Notes under the pieces: model-generated
Told to the model about the DNA's origin: nothing
The model's database searches: none
What the model saw: only the letters and a program-made list of their open reading frames with translations
In this document: one piece after another, positions 1 through 34,907 of the stretch
Position numbering within the stretch: the first letter of the stretch is position 1
Layout of the letters: every line of letters starts with the position of its first letter
Assembly: GCA_002269645.1 (NCBI GenBank)
Contig: NIVC01002062.1
Span: 1 to 35,940, forward strand
Reading direction: 5' to 3'
DNA: 35,940 bases
Source of the DNA: Macrostomum lignano
Lineage: Eukaryota
Program-made: the position numbers and the translations under genes

Positions 1-171
1 TTCAAACGAAAGGCCTTCTTGCACTGGTACACTAACGAAGGCATGGACGATCACGAGTTCATGGAGGCCGAGTCCAACGTTAACGACCTGGTCTCCGAGC
101 TGCAGCAGTACCAGGACGCCACGGCTGACGACGAGGGCGAATACGAAGAGGAGGAGGAAGAGCTGGAGTAG
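1..171 (+). CDS. tubb: Beta-tubulin, C-terminal fragment (divergent isotype)
   Basis: Frame 1 reads [56 protein letters not shown], matching the beta-tubulin C-terminus ([40 protein letters not shown] + acidic tail). TAG at 169-171, followed by AT-rich UTR-like sequence. Confidence 0.96.
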   Translation, partial: FKRKAFLHWYTNEGMDDHEFMEAESNVNDLVSELQQYQDATADDEGEYEEEEEELE

Positions 172-974
172 CGGGCCTTACTAAGTACTTCAAAATAGCA
201 TATTCATAAACATAAGCTTTTAATTACTTGATTCGCGTGCCAAATTCTCTATCAATTTCGCTGTCCGCGATCGGCTACTATATGGGACCAAACAATCAGC
301 ACTTGAGCGCTTTTATTTTAGTCAATAATTGACGCCACACAAGAAAGCTTAAACTAGAAATATACATTATACAGGGCAGTAGGAAATGTTCCCACTGAAA
401 GGTAGAGAGTGAGAGCATTTTAACAAGATTTTGCGTATACCAGCAGGTCTTTTATAAAAGCAAAGCACTTTTAACTAATACGAGTTCTTCTTAACTTCCT
501 TTTTAACTGCCATAGGATTTCTCGTAAGCAGAAAAAAGTTCAAGTGTTCAATCTTGGCCAATAGTTTAAAAAAGCATTGGTAAAAGATTTAAGAGTCCGC
601 GCAATAAATTATAGTATGATATCATAAATTGTATTGAAGATTGCTCATAAAAAATGAATAGGAAGGACCATTTTGGCCTCAGATTTCAAACGATATGGAT
701 GTTAGACAACTAAGGACTGTAATTTAAATAAATGTTTTTGCGATAATAAATAGTGCATTAAAAACACATGTTGATGTCTATTTGATGCAGCTCACTTGCA
801 GCTCTTAGAAAGCTTATGTTTTGTTTACATGAGCAGTTTTTAACGATTAGTAACAAACAGGATTAAAATTTAGGTGCCAGTTTAGCAACGTAGAAAATAG
901 AATAGATTGTCACACAAAACCCAATCCCATTCTTTCGGCAAGATAGAGTTTGAGTTCCCGAACAGTAATTGTGC

Positions 975-2218
975 TCAATGTTCGTCGGTCACTTGGTCAC
1001 CAGCTGGAAGTAGCCTCTCCGAGACTGCCTCGGCTATTGTTAACAGGCTGCAGAGCGTAGTACTGATGGCGGTGATGCTGCGGCTGCTGCAGATATACGT
1101 GATGATGCTGTGGCATCCGGAACGAACAGGTACCAGCTTCACCAGCTGGCCTGACGGCTGCTGCGGCGGGCTATACTGCGGCTGCAGCACCTGGAAGTTG
1201 GAGTTGGACCTCTGCGAGTTTGTCACGTAGGTTACCTGAGGTCGCCTGCCATCAACACGGTCCACATCGTCGTAGCTGTTCGACGTCTGAACCCGAAGCG
1301 TACCTGGCCGGGCCGCGAATCCTCCGCTGCTGCGTCCGTTGATGACGCTGCGCTCGTTTAGCAGCGTCGGCGGCCCATTCTGCGACTCGAACACCGCGTA
1401 GGTGGCTCCGGCAGGCACGTCGTCGTAGTTGATGACGACCGAGTCGATGGTTCGTTCGGTTCTGCTGCCGCGCTCGTGAGCGGCGGCTTGGCGCTGATCG
1501 AAGAACCCATCGTCGGCATCGATGTGGACACTGACGAGGCCCTGACGGTGACGCGGGCCTCCGGGGAGGCGGCTGATCGTCGAGGCTGAACCTGCGACGC
1601 CAGGGCCCGCTGGGAGTAGCCCCGTTCGAGCGGTCCGAATCCCGGGAAACCGCTGTCCGCTGAGAATGACGACATTCGCGGCTCTGTCTGAGATTTCTGC
1701 TGTTGCTGTTGCTGCTGCTGAGTGGCCGCTGCCTGCATGGCCCAGTTGCTGGTGGCCGTCTGTCGCACAGGCGTGTCAGGCAGGTAGTTGGCCTCCTCAG
1801 CTGCCAGCCGGCGCTGCTTGTCGATGAGCCGGGTGGCCTCGGTCAGCGCAGCCGGATCCTTGAATTGCAGCACGGTGATGCATTTCTGATCGAAATCCCG
1901 GGTACAGAGCGTCAGCAGGCGCTGCGGTGTCGGCTGCCTGGGCGAGATGCAGGCCACAATGCGCTGGTACTTGATGTGCTCGAGAGGCATGGAAGCGAAC
2001 AGGCCGTTCTCGCCCAGCCGCAGGCCAGTGTTGAACACCGTCAGGCAGGTCCGAACTCGAGCGTTGCTCTTGGCGACTCGCCGGACAAGCTCCTCGGCCT
2101 TCTCTGGCCCGAAGTCGTCCTCAGGCCCGAGCAGAAAGCGGCCGCAGACTTGAATTTTTACTTTGAGCAGCTTCTGCGCCTCAGTTGAAGCGAAGAGCTG
2201 CTTCTGACGAGGCTCCAT
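975..2218 (-). CDS. Intronless hypothetical protein: possible PH/PTB-like N-terminal domain, poly-Gln and disordered tail; apparently frameshifted
   Basis: GC-rich coding-like island with ATG at 2218 (MEPRQKQLF...VCGRFLLG...CLTVFNTGLRLG...IKYQRIVACI...LLTLCTRDF...ITVLQFKDPAALTEATRLI). Codon usage switches frame at the CCC run 1540-1542 (VTVR|GLVSVHIDADDGFF...) and probably again near 1119-1120 (into MPQHHHVYLQQPQHH...SSW*, stop 997-999). The fold call is inferred from the beta-strand/helix pattern only. Confidence 0.6.
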
Positions 2219-3038
2219 TTGCAATCTTGCTTTCTCTCCTGCTTTCGGACTCGCTTTTGGTTTCTTATTTAATGTGTCCAGACTTAAGGCTTGAATGAGC
2301 AGAGGAGAAGCACCCCCGCTGCGAGGGGCCCGATGCCATGCAGTCTCAGAATTGCAGACGGCCTCTGTATTAATGGTTTGGGTTTGGTCCACAATTCGAA
2401 AAGCATGAGAATAAGAATGAACCAGGGAGAGAGCTGTCCTGACAGCGTTCTTCTCCACCACAAATTGAATAGCCTCGCCAGGAGGCAAAAAACTATTTAA
2501 TTACTTTTCTACTGCAACGCCCACCATTCTTGTCGTTTTGAGCACAATTGAAGATCTCTGCTCACACTCGCATTATGACTTGCATCTGTTTAGCATTTAC
2601 ACAACTAGCAACTATGAAGTGGCGTGTTTAGCAAGATATTAAAAGTTTGTCGAGTCTCTAATATTCATTCAATTGGTGGAATTGTTTAGGTGGGGCAGAA
2701 ATATTTTTGAAATTAATTTCTTTCCTACTCTTACAAATATATTGTCAATCAACCTATGCTACTATAGGGAGATGCGGACTCCTTAACCCCTTCTTTTCTG
2801 ATTTAAATATGGTAAAGAATGCAGTTGAATCGCAACGAGGCACTGTGCAAGATGAATACAGATACGTACGAGTATAGTACTGCCGGTTAACTGAAAGAAC
2901 GCTTTCATTCTCCGTTTCTATCCCTGGAAGGGACAACACTGCAAGGACATCTGCTGTCTGGGTGAACCTCTAATCTGTTTTCAAATTTGCAGCGGAGAGA
3001 ACTAAGGCTCTCAACTTATTAGTGGTTTCTATGGCTTT

Positions 3039-3450
<412 letters not shown>

Positions 3451-3817
3451 TTTGCTGCTCAGACTGAGGATCTGGGAGGTTGGATATTTCGACCCCGTAT
3501 GCGTTGTTGAGTTTATTATTTACTCATAAATAAAGGCTTTTGACTGTCTCTTTTAACTGATACTGAAGTAGCATTTTATTTCAAGTACATGTATAGTTCG
3601 ATATAATGCTATCATGTCAGTGATACGTTCGCATGTACTGTAATGTCATGTTTATAAAATAGCTTCGCAAGCAATTTATTAGCCTTAGATATAGTTACGA
3701 GTAGCTGTATCGAATGCTGCAGTTCAATAATCGCGGTAATGAAAATAAAAAGCTGTCCAACTCCAACCAAAAGGGTTCAAGTAAGTGCAATTGTAAAATA
3801 AAGCGCGTGAAACAGAT

Positions 3818-4476
3818 GGGAAGCAGGATGTGGGAAGTGGGTGGCGGGAAGCAGGATGTGGGAAGTGGGTGGCGGGAAGCAGGATGTAGGAAGTGGGTGA
3901 CGGGAAGCAGGATATGGGAAGTGGGTGACGGGAAGCAGGATGTAGGAAGTGGGTGACGGGAAGCAGGATGTGGGAAGTGGGTGACGGGAAGCAGGATGTG
4001 GGAAGTGGGTGGCGGGAAGCAGGATGTAGGAAGTGGGTGACGGGAAGCAGGATATGGGAAGTGGGTGACGGTAAGCAGGATATGGGAAGTGGGTGAGGGG
4101 AAGCAGGATATGGGAAGTGGGTGACGGTAAGCAGGATATGGGAAGTGGGTGAGGGGAAGCAGGATGTGGGAAGTGGGTGACGGGAAGCAGGATGTGGGAA
4201 GTGGGTGGCGGGAAGCAGGATGTAGGAAGTGGGTGACGGGAAGCAGGATATGGGAAGTGGGTGACGGTAAGCAGGATATGGGAAGTGGGTGAGGGGAAGC
4301 AGGATATGGGAAGTGGGTGACGGTAAGCAGGATATGGGAAGTGGGTGAGGGGAAGCAGGATATGGGAAGTTGGTGAGGGGAAGCATAGGATGTGGGAAGT
4401 GGGTGAGGGGAAGCAGGATATGGGAAGTTGGTGAGGGGAAGCATAGGATGTGGGAAGTGGGGGAGGGGAAGCAGGA
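3818..4476. repeat. 28-bp G-rich minisatellite (GGGAAGCAGGATRTGGGAAGTGGGTGAC)
   Basis: About 23 tandem units read directly, intergenic between the PLC 3' end and the orphan gene. Confidence 0.95.
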
Positions 4477-4741
4477 AACATGAAGTTGTAACGCAAACGC
4501 GAGCGGTAACAACACAGGGAACAATTGCTCAAAAATCGGTCAACTCCATACAAGATGTGCGCGCAAAATAAGGTAAAAAATTTTACAACTATCTGAATTT
4601 GCCTCAATACATGTAATATTATTCGGTACAAACTATGGACCAGGTGAACAGTAAATTAGCGCTTCACCTTTTCCAGATTTTTTATCTGAAATCTCATATT
4701 CCATGATAATTTGGCATGGGATTTACATGTGTCTTGCATGA

Positions 4742-4747
4742 TTTATT
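4742..4747 (-). promoter_or_regulatory. Candidate AATAAA polyadenylation signal of PLC-beta
   Basis: TTTATT on +, about 470 nt downstream of the PLC stop codon; positional inference only. Confidence 0.3.
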
Positions 4748-5214
4748 ACACAAAGCTGTCAGCAAATCTAATAAAGTTGGGAACACAGCACTGATGTAAG
4801 ACAGTTTCACAGAGCTTAAGATATACTCTGAGTAGCGCAATGCAAACAGCTGTAAGCTCAATGATAGCCAGTCATAGGAGGTCCATAAACACTTGAAGAC
4901 CCGGTTATAACTTTATAGCACTAAACAGACAATTTTTAGTCATCCGACACTACTTTGTAAGTAGAGAGTGTAGAATGTGACGCGAAAAGCTTGAATGGCA
5001 GGCAAAGAAATGTCGCAATGATTCAAGTTCTGTTCAGCCTAGCTGCTGAAGTCCTCAGGGACAGCATGGCTCTTCTAAATGATATTCGTAGGTACAGACG
5101 GCAAGAAATTGTCCATTTAACCAAAACCACGGCCTGTCTGTGACGTGTTCTGTCTTCTGTGCTACTACCGATGGTCATTGAAGTTTTGCGCGTTCGCCCG
5201 CTTTCTCGGCCATT

Positions 5215-28049
<22,835 letters not shown>

Positions 28050-28139
28050 CTGGGGTGATGAGGTTCAGGGGCTCTGGGACCCAATTATAACTGTCTTCGT
28101 GTAAGAGGCAGACGCTGTTAAGGATAGATGCAAAAAGAA

Positions 28140-28380
28140 TTGAGATTAGATTGAAATCCAGTGAGATTAGATTGAAATCCAAAAAGATCTGATTGAAATC
28201 TAATGAGATTAGATTGAAATCCAACGAGGTTGGATAGAACTCCAGTGAGATTAGATTGAAATTTAATGGGATTAGATAAAAATTCAGTGAGATTTGATTG
28301 AAATCCAGTGAGATCAGATTAAAATTCAGTGAGATAAGAGTGAAATCCAGTGAGACTAGACTAAAATTCAGTGAGATTAT
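28140..28380. repeat. 21-bp degenerate minisatellite (GAGATTAGATTGAAATCCAGT)
   Basis: About 11 units, ending at the LTR start. Confidence 0.9.
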
Positions 28381-28382
28381 GA

Positions 28383-30591
28383 TGTAACCACGCTCTGGTC
28401 GCGGGATAGGGCATGGGAACTTTTTCGAAAGTGCCTCCTATCCCGTGCACCCTCTGCACAGAGCTGTCGAGACTCGGCCAGGTCTCCGACCGGGCCTGGA
28501 GACTCCCGCTCTGCTGCACCCCTCCTGCTGCCTTGGTCCCGTCTCTCCTGCCGCCACACCTGCCTTTCCGGAGCCCCTACCCCTTTCTGTACCTCCCCCT
28601 CTACCCTATCTCTTCTGTTCCCGCCCTATTCTTCCTGTACTTTCTCTACTTCCTCCTTTTTTTGTCTCCCTCTGCACTCTTTTCCTGCGCTGTCCCCTCT
28701 TTCCCTGTGTCTACTTACAGTACTTTGTGTGCTCACCGTCTCCCCATCCCCTCTCAAACTCCCAAACGGTGACGCAAGTCGTGTGACCCCTTCTCCCCCT
28801 CGGTGACTCATCGATGACTCATCCCCCTCTCTTGCGCAACCTTTTCTCACGCTATTGTTCTCCTTCCCAAATTTCTCATGTGACACCCACCCCACCTCCG
28901 CTTCTATTGTTCTCGTTTTTGCTTCTTTTGTTCTCTCGACCCCCACCAATTATCACATTTTCTCCGATTTTCTCTTTCTTTTGTTCTCGTTTTCGCACCT
29001 AATTATCACCTTTTCTCCAATGTTTACTTTTCCATTGTTCTCAGTTTTCCCCAATTATCCCCGATTTCCAATTCCTTTGTTCTCGACCCCAGCCCTATTG
29101 TTCTCAATGTTTGCTTGCGCAACACTTTCGCGACCACCCGCTGCGCCAATTATCCCCCCACCCCACCTCCGGATTGCGCAATTTCCCGATTTCTCATGTT
29201 GCTATGCCGGTCTCATGCTTCTCATCATGACTCATTCTGACGTCATTCTGCCGGCAGCCAATCAGAGAGAGGGAGCCATGGTAACGACCTTGAGGAGGCG
29301 GCTGTGAGGTCTATAAAAGGAAGCGATTTCGGCATGAGAATACTCAACTGAGTTTATCTCTGTTCCTCTCCTCGTCCTTCTTTGGACTTGCTGTCAGATT
29401 GAGTTCTGACCCATTCGTCTATAAGACGAATCCCTGCCGGTCCGCGGTCTGTTACCGCCAAGTTATCCTTAGCTCCCCAAGTGAGCTCGCCTATCGGCCA
29501 GCGGTCTGATACCGCCCAGCATCATCAGCATCGCCTGATCTACATCAGCGCCTCGTCGCTCCAGCGCATCGCCGCTTCACCGTCTGCCTGACTGCAGCCT
29601 ACAGCCGCCCTCGGTCACTCCGCCTCTCTCTCTCTCTGTGCAGCTGCCGGTAAGTTCCTGCTACTAATTTGTGCTCTAATTGCCTTTGCTTATCCGGGGT
29701 TTGCCTATTTTCCATTGTCTGATTAGAGAGCTGAGCCAATTGTGATACCGTATCTTTTGCTGTATTTTACTCAATAGTGAAGCCGCCTAATTGCCTGCTT
29801 ATTTGCCTAAGGGCCTAATTATTAACTATTAACTAACTTCATCATTATTCAATCTTTCACCATCATTTCACTCATGGCTTGCTAAGCCTTTCCCCGGGTG
29901 GCAAAGCATAAGGAAGTTTGGGTAAGCTAATGGCCTCTCCCCGTGCACAGCCCGCCTGTGAGTGCGTGCTGCGGGGCCGCGTGTGCGTGCAGTAGAGGGA
30001 TTAGCGAGTCTTGGCACAGAATGGCAGTAGGAAGGTTGCAACCCCATGCTAACGCGTCCCTTCGCCCTGAGCAATCTAAACTGTAGATAGTACATGTTCG
30101 CCTCATACTACTCTTAGTAATCAAAGTCGCAAGTCAGCCTCGCTCACAGCCACAAAGGATCCCCTGCTGAGAAATCCTCCAGGATTGAGCCCAGAGTTCC
30201 CGATCATGCCCCAAGCAGAGTCCCTGTACTCGGCTGCATGCGTCTCCCCTGTTAGCCTAAATCCCCTGGTAACCAATCCAGGCGGGGCTCTAGCCTCGAG
30301 AGGTCTGGTAGAAAGATCCAGGTGCGCCAGGTCACATAGAGTGGTGGCAGCCACTCGGTCATACCATGACCGAGTGACCAACTATTGCACCTTGGCTACA
30401 GGTGGGGTCCATGTGGGTCCTTGGCCCTCTGGTCACGAAGCGCTACCAAAGCTACTAATCATGTGGGCGGGACAGTCTGGTGCTGGAGGTCCGTCAGGTC
30501 ATTGCCCGGTCCTAGGCAGCCTACGGTCATTGCCCCCTCTAGCCATGCGTTCGTCTCTCTACGGAGCGGACAGGCGACAAGGGCGGTTACA
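28383..30591 (+). repeat. 5' LTR (2209 bp)
   Basis: Starts TGTAACC and ends GGTTACA (7-bp terminal inverted repeat); followed 9 nt later by a PBS; contains a pol II promoter cluster. Confidence 0.85.
28804..29318 (+). promoter_or_regulatory. LTR U3 promoter: 3x AP-1 (TGACTCA), CRE, CCAAT, TATA
   Basis: TGACTCA at 28804, 28815 and 29228; TGACGTCA 29238-29245; CCAAT 29258-29262; TATAAAA 29312-29318, in canonical order. Confidence 0.7.
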
Positions 30592-30600
30592 CCAAAATGG

Positions 30601-30615
30601 TGGCAGCGGTGGGAT
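30601..30615 (+). other. Primer binding site, tRNA-Leu
   Basis: TGGCAGCGGTGGGAT is complementary to the 3' end ...AUCCCACCGCUGCCA of metazoan tRNA-Leu (tRNA sequence recalled, not searched). Confidence 0.8.
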
Positions 30616-33070
30616 CTGGTGCAAACAGCGCTGAGTTTCGGACTGGTGGTTTAGATGGGACAAGCGCACCTGTGGCATCCCTCAGAATGGTGGCCGAAGC
30701 GCAAAGAGTGCCATGTCTAAATCTACCAATCGTAAAAATCGCCAATCGTCATTCTCTTCCCCCATGGCGTGAGGCAACAAAATCCAAAAATATTAATGTA
30801 ACTTTTCAAATTTTTCGGGCTGCGAATTCGTTCAATTCATTCGAAATTTCCAAATTCATTCATTCGCCAAAAGCCCCTGATTCAATTTAAAATTAATTTA
30901 GCCGATCAGTTTCAGCGCTAGAAAGTGTGAAGTGGTAGACGAGCGGATTTGATTACAATCAGAATAGCTACCTGGTAACGGAGTGTGTGAAGAACTGCGA
31001 AAGTGAATTTTCCGGACTCACTTTCTATTTCATGGTAATATGCTTTATTTCCCCTCCCTTTCTTTCTCTCGCCTAGCCTACAGCAGAACTGTGTGAGTGT
31101 TGAGGTGGACAGCCAGCCAGGTACGGAAGCCTCATCACGCAAGCACAGGGAAGCTGGAAGCGAAGCATTTCTTTCCTTTGTCCTACCTCTTTCTTTTACT
31201 CGGGGAGTGTAACAGTCGCTCTCCCTGATCGCTCAGTTAATCCTAGAAATGCGTAGAGACCGGAGCGTGTTTTGTTTGTCCATTAGAATGAACAGCTATC
31301 AAGGGCTATGGGGAACTCGCTATATATGCATAGTAAGGGAAGCAGTAGTCATGGCCTTGGAAACATTGGGGGATACCAAAGTCTCGCAGGAATGGGAATA
31401 GCGGTGTGATTGTATCTCTGTAGGGTATCAGTGTGACTCAAAAATCTCGGGCTAAAAAAAGTGTCACCTCCTATGGAATACCTGCGATCAGCCCGGACCT
31501 GAATTCTGCGGTAACCCCTGGTGCCTTCATGGCTGGGATTCGATCCCAACGTGTCTGCTGACTCTCCCCACTGTATTGCAGACCCGGTAGTAACTGCTTT
31601 GGTTGCATTTGGGCTGGTGCAGTGGCTGGAAATAGTAGATCCCATAGTATCCTATTGATAGTGGAGTTCAGTGAGTATTGGAATGGTGTACTGGAAGTCT
31701 GGTGGCCCCCAGTGATCTCGTAATGTTTCCTGCTGCATTCTCCTCCTTTAGTAATTCCTCCCCCCTGCTGTCAGTCTGATAGGGGAGGTGGGTGTGCCAA
31801 TCAGCCCGACCCGGTAGAACGGCGCTCCTGCCCGACTTGTCAGCCTGGCCCAGGAAGGCGCTATTGCGCAACTCTTTTCCCCTCTGGCCACTGCAGCCCA
31901 CTAAGCGCTTAGACGCAGGGTTGCATGCAGTCCCCTAATGTAAAGCCCCGGTACATAGAGTGCCACCCCAGTGCCCCGCAAGGTCAATAAGACGGGTTGA
32001 CGTCTCTGGCAACTTGGAATAACCTAGATGGAGGTACCGCTGTCTCCTGGTAGAACCGGGCGTTCAAGTACAGTAAAGTGGAGAGGCTGACAACTGTAGG
32101 ACTTTCTCCGCCATCAGATAAAGGTCCCAAGTATGCTATTTCGAGCTGCAGCAAAGGTGGAGTATCGGAGGGGCAAGCATTTCAGGAAGATACTCACTTA
32201 GGTCTGTTTATCCTAGGAAAGCGGGCGAGAGTTTCAGGCTTGTAATCCGCCTAACCTGAAAACTTCGGGGACAGTTTAGTCTGGACTCCCGCTGCGCGCC
32301 TTCGCTCTGAACAGAAGGGGGAGGTCTTGGTTTTTGTGGATTCTGCTAGACGTAGGGGAGCTGGATTCCCGCCTTTTGTGAAGCTGCGTGTACAAGATTG
32401 GTAGTCCTGAGGTGGAAGCCCCACTGGACTCCGACGGTTTTCCGGCTGTGCAAGGGCAGTAAAGTGGGAGGACCTCCATGGGGATTGCTCCCGCCACTTG
32501 GGTTTTTGGGTCCAGGCGCCAACGCTTCTTCGTAGTAGCTTTCTTAAGGAAATGGGGTCCGGCGCGCAACCCTAGGGAGAATTTGTACAGGTGCCGTAAG
32601 TCCGTTTACGGTCGGCATTTGGGTTCCCTAGCATGGCCGCAAAATGAAGGTCAAGTCTCTCTGAATAGCCAATTTTTCCCTGTCAGGATGTGCCATAGAC
32701 AACTGGTAGTGGTAGCCGCAGTTTGAGTCAGTGTGCTTTGCCGAGTGAAGCCGTTAGGACTGCCTAAATGGAATTATGTGGAGCCACCCGTTTTTCAATT
32801 TGTTTTCTTCGACGCCGCAAGTGTGTGGGTTTTGTCTGTGTTTGTGTGTGTGTGAGTGTGTTTGTGTGTTTCGGATCAACTTTTCGGTCTTTACCTGTAG
32901 TTGCCCCCGGTTTTCTTTTCTTCCTTCCCGGTAGTGGTACTCCCCCAGCTATCCGGCATTCACATGTCACGGCGCGTGGAGATAGGGTCGTAGAAGCTGT
33001 GTGCGCAGACGCCCCTGGTCAACCACCCTCGGCCGCTGACACCCCAGCAGTTGCCGCCCCCGCAGCCGCA

Positions 33071-34907
33071 ATGGCCGCAGCCGCTGGTAACCAGGTCCCT
33101 CAGCCTCCAGAAGCAGTAGTAGTTGAGGAACCAGATGAAGGAGTAGCAGCTCCCGCTCCCAATCAGGGTGACGCAGCAGCCGCCGCTGCTCCCCCGGACG
33201 CAGCCCAGAATCCTCCTCAGGCAGTCCCGCAGCTAGGAGACTTAGTTGCTGCTATAGCCAATGCGTTTAACCAGCTAAACATGGGCCAAGAAGCTCAGAG
33301 GCCGAAAATCTACGTAGAGAAGTTCTCTCCCGGCGAACACTGTTTTGTGCAATGGGTAGAGAGAATGATCTACAAGCTGGACGCGGAGAGAACTGTAGGA
33401 GATCAGGCTAGGAAGCAGGTGCTCATCTCGCACCTCCCAGGTGAATTTCAGAACTTAGCCTTAGGATTGGACGGGCAATTGCCCTTTGAGCAGTTCGTAT
33501 CTAGATTAGGAGAGCAGTTGGGCGAGGCCAACACTGATCTGGCTAAGAGAAATAAGCTGAAGAATCTGAGCCAGAAACCCGGCCAATCACATAGTGCTTT
33601 TGCTGCTATGATAAGATCTCAGATAACGGCCATGTTTCCTCAGATTCAGGGTGAGCAGAGAGAACAAGAAATCGTGTACACCTACTTGGAACACGCTAAG
33701 CTCCCCCGCCAGGTCAGACAAGATCTGTTGAGCCGTCGCTGGCAGACAATTGAGCAGGTGTTAGAACAGCAGCAAGCCCTGTTAGAAGCCGCAGACTTAG
33801 CCGGGAAATGGGACAGTAGTGGCCCGCCCAGGTCTGAGTCCCGCACCGAAGTCCGTCTGCAACCTCAGCAGCCACCCAGGCCCCCTCGCAAGTGGGTCAG
33901 GATGGTGAACCAGGAAGCTGACGAGACGGAGGAGGACGGTGACGGCCTATCAGAGATGCAAGAGAGGTTGGGCGCGCTAGAGCAAACGCAAAAGGATCTG
34001 CGCAACCAGCTGGTGCAGCTCAATGAAACTATGAAGGCGACAGCAGAGTCTGTTGCCCAGCTGCCCCAGCAGATGAGGCCCCCTCGCCCCGCCACTCCCA
34101 ACAGGAACTGGAGGCAGGGGCAGGGCGGCTCTAATAGCAGTAGGAACTGGCGCCAACCCCAGCCCCCGCCGCTTGCAATTCAGGAGCGCCCACGCCGCCG
34201 GCGCCGGGTGTGCAGCAGCAGCAATTGCAGCTTCGTGCGCCACCTGATCGCCATAGGCAAGATTTAGAGGAGTGGGGCAGAGATATGTTAGACGAGGCTA
34301 CCAGGGAGAGGCAGGAGAGGCTCGCCCAGCTGCGCGCGCAAGCTCTGATGCCTCCTCCTTCCACGCCTGAAGAGCCCCCGGTTCGGGAAACCCGTGGGAG
34401 GGCTGATGGCCCGGCCCGAACTCAGCCCCGTTCCCTCTCTAGGGCCCAGCTTAACCTGCCACGTCCGCCCAGCAAGAAGTTTAGATTTGAGAAGGTACCC
34501 GATTTCTATCAGCCAAGACCAGCTGGAGGACAACGCGGGAGAGATATTGTTGTAGAGTTGCCAATTGAGAATGTTCCCACCCGCCTCCTGGTAGATGGGG
34601 GCAGTGCGCTGTCTTTGCTAACAGTCAAAGACTTTACTAAAATTACCGGACAGAGTTGGAGGCCCTGGAGCCCCCATGTGTGAAGGCCGTGTCCTACACG
34701 GGCAATGAATTAGAGATGCTAGGCCAGGCCACCCTCACAGCAGTTATTGGGCTAGAAGAGGTGAGAATCCTCTTTCTGGTCGTTGGCAATTCAGCAGCAG
34801 TTTCCCTCCTGGGTAGTGCTTTTCTAGCCAGTACGCATGCTATCATAGACTATCGAACAGAAAAGGTTTACTTGCTAGGTGTGAGTCTCCCATTCGACCC
34901 CCGCTGA
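33071..34907 (+). CDS. Gag + aspartic protease (three -1-offset pieces; possible true start at ATG 32964)
   Basis: Capsid-like KIYVEKFSPGEHCFVQWVERM...LISHL...LKNLSQKPGQSHSAFAAMI, then a coiled coil with no CCHC knuckle. Protease LLVDGGSALSLL...VSYTGNELEMLG...LFLVV...LLGSAFL. Frame breaks at C runs 34189-34191 and 34671-34675; TGA at 34905-34907. Confidence 0.85.

Noticed and set aside
34585-34605. Protease DGG motif as an inactivating mutation of D[ST]G
   Set aside because: The catalytic Asp is retained, and LVDGGS-type motifs are, to my recollection, found in other Gypsy-lineage proteases; not evidence of inactivity.
34170-34690. Programmed -1 ribosomal frameshifts in gag-pro
   Set aside because: There is no X XXY YYZ slippery heptamer at either break, and one break falls inside the protease domain. 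Single-base loss in C runs is simpler.
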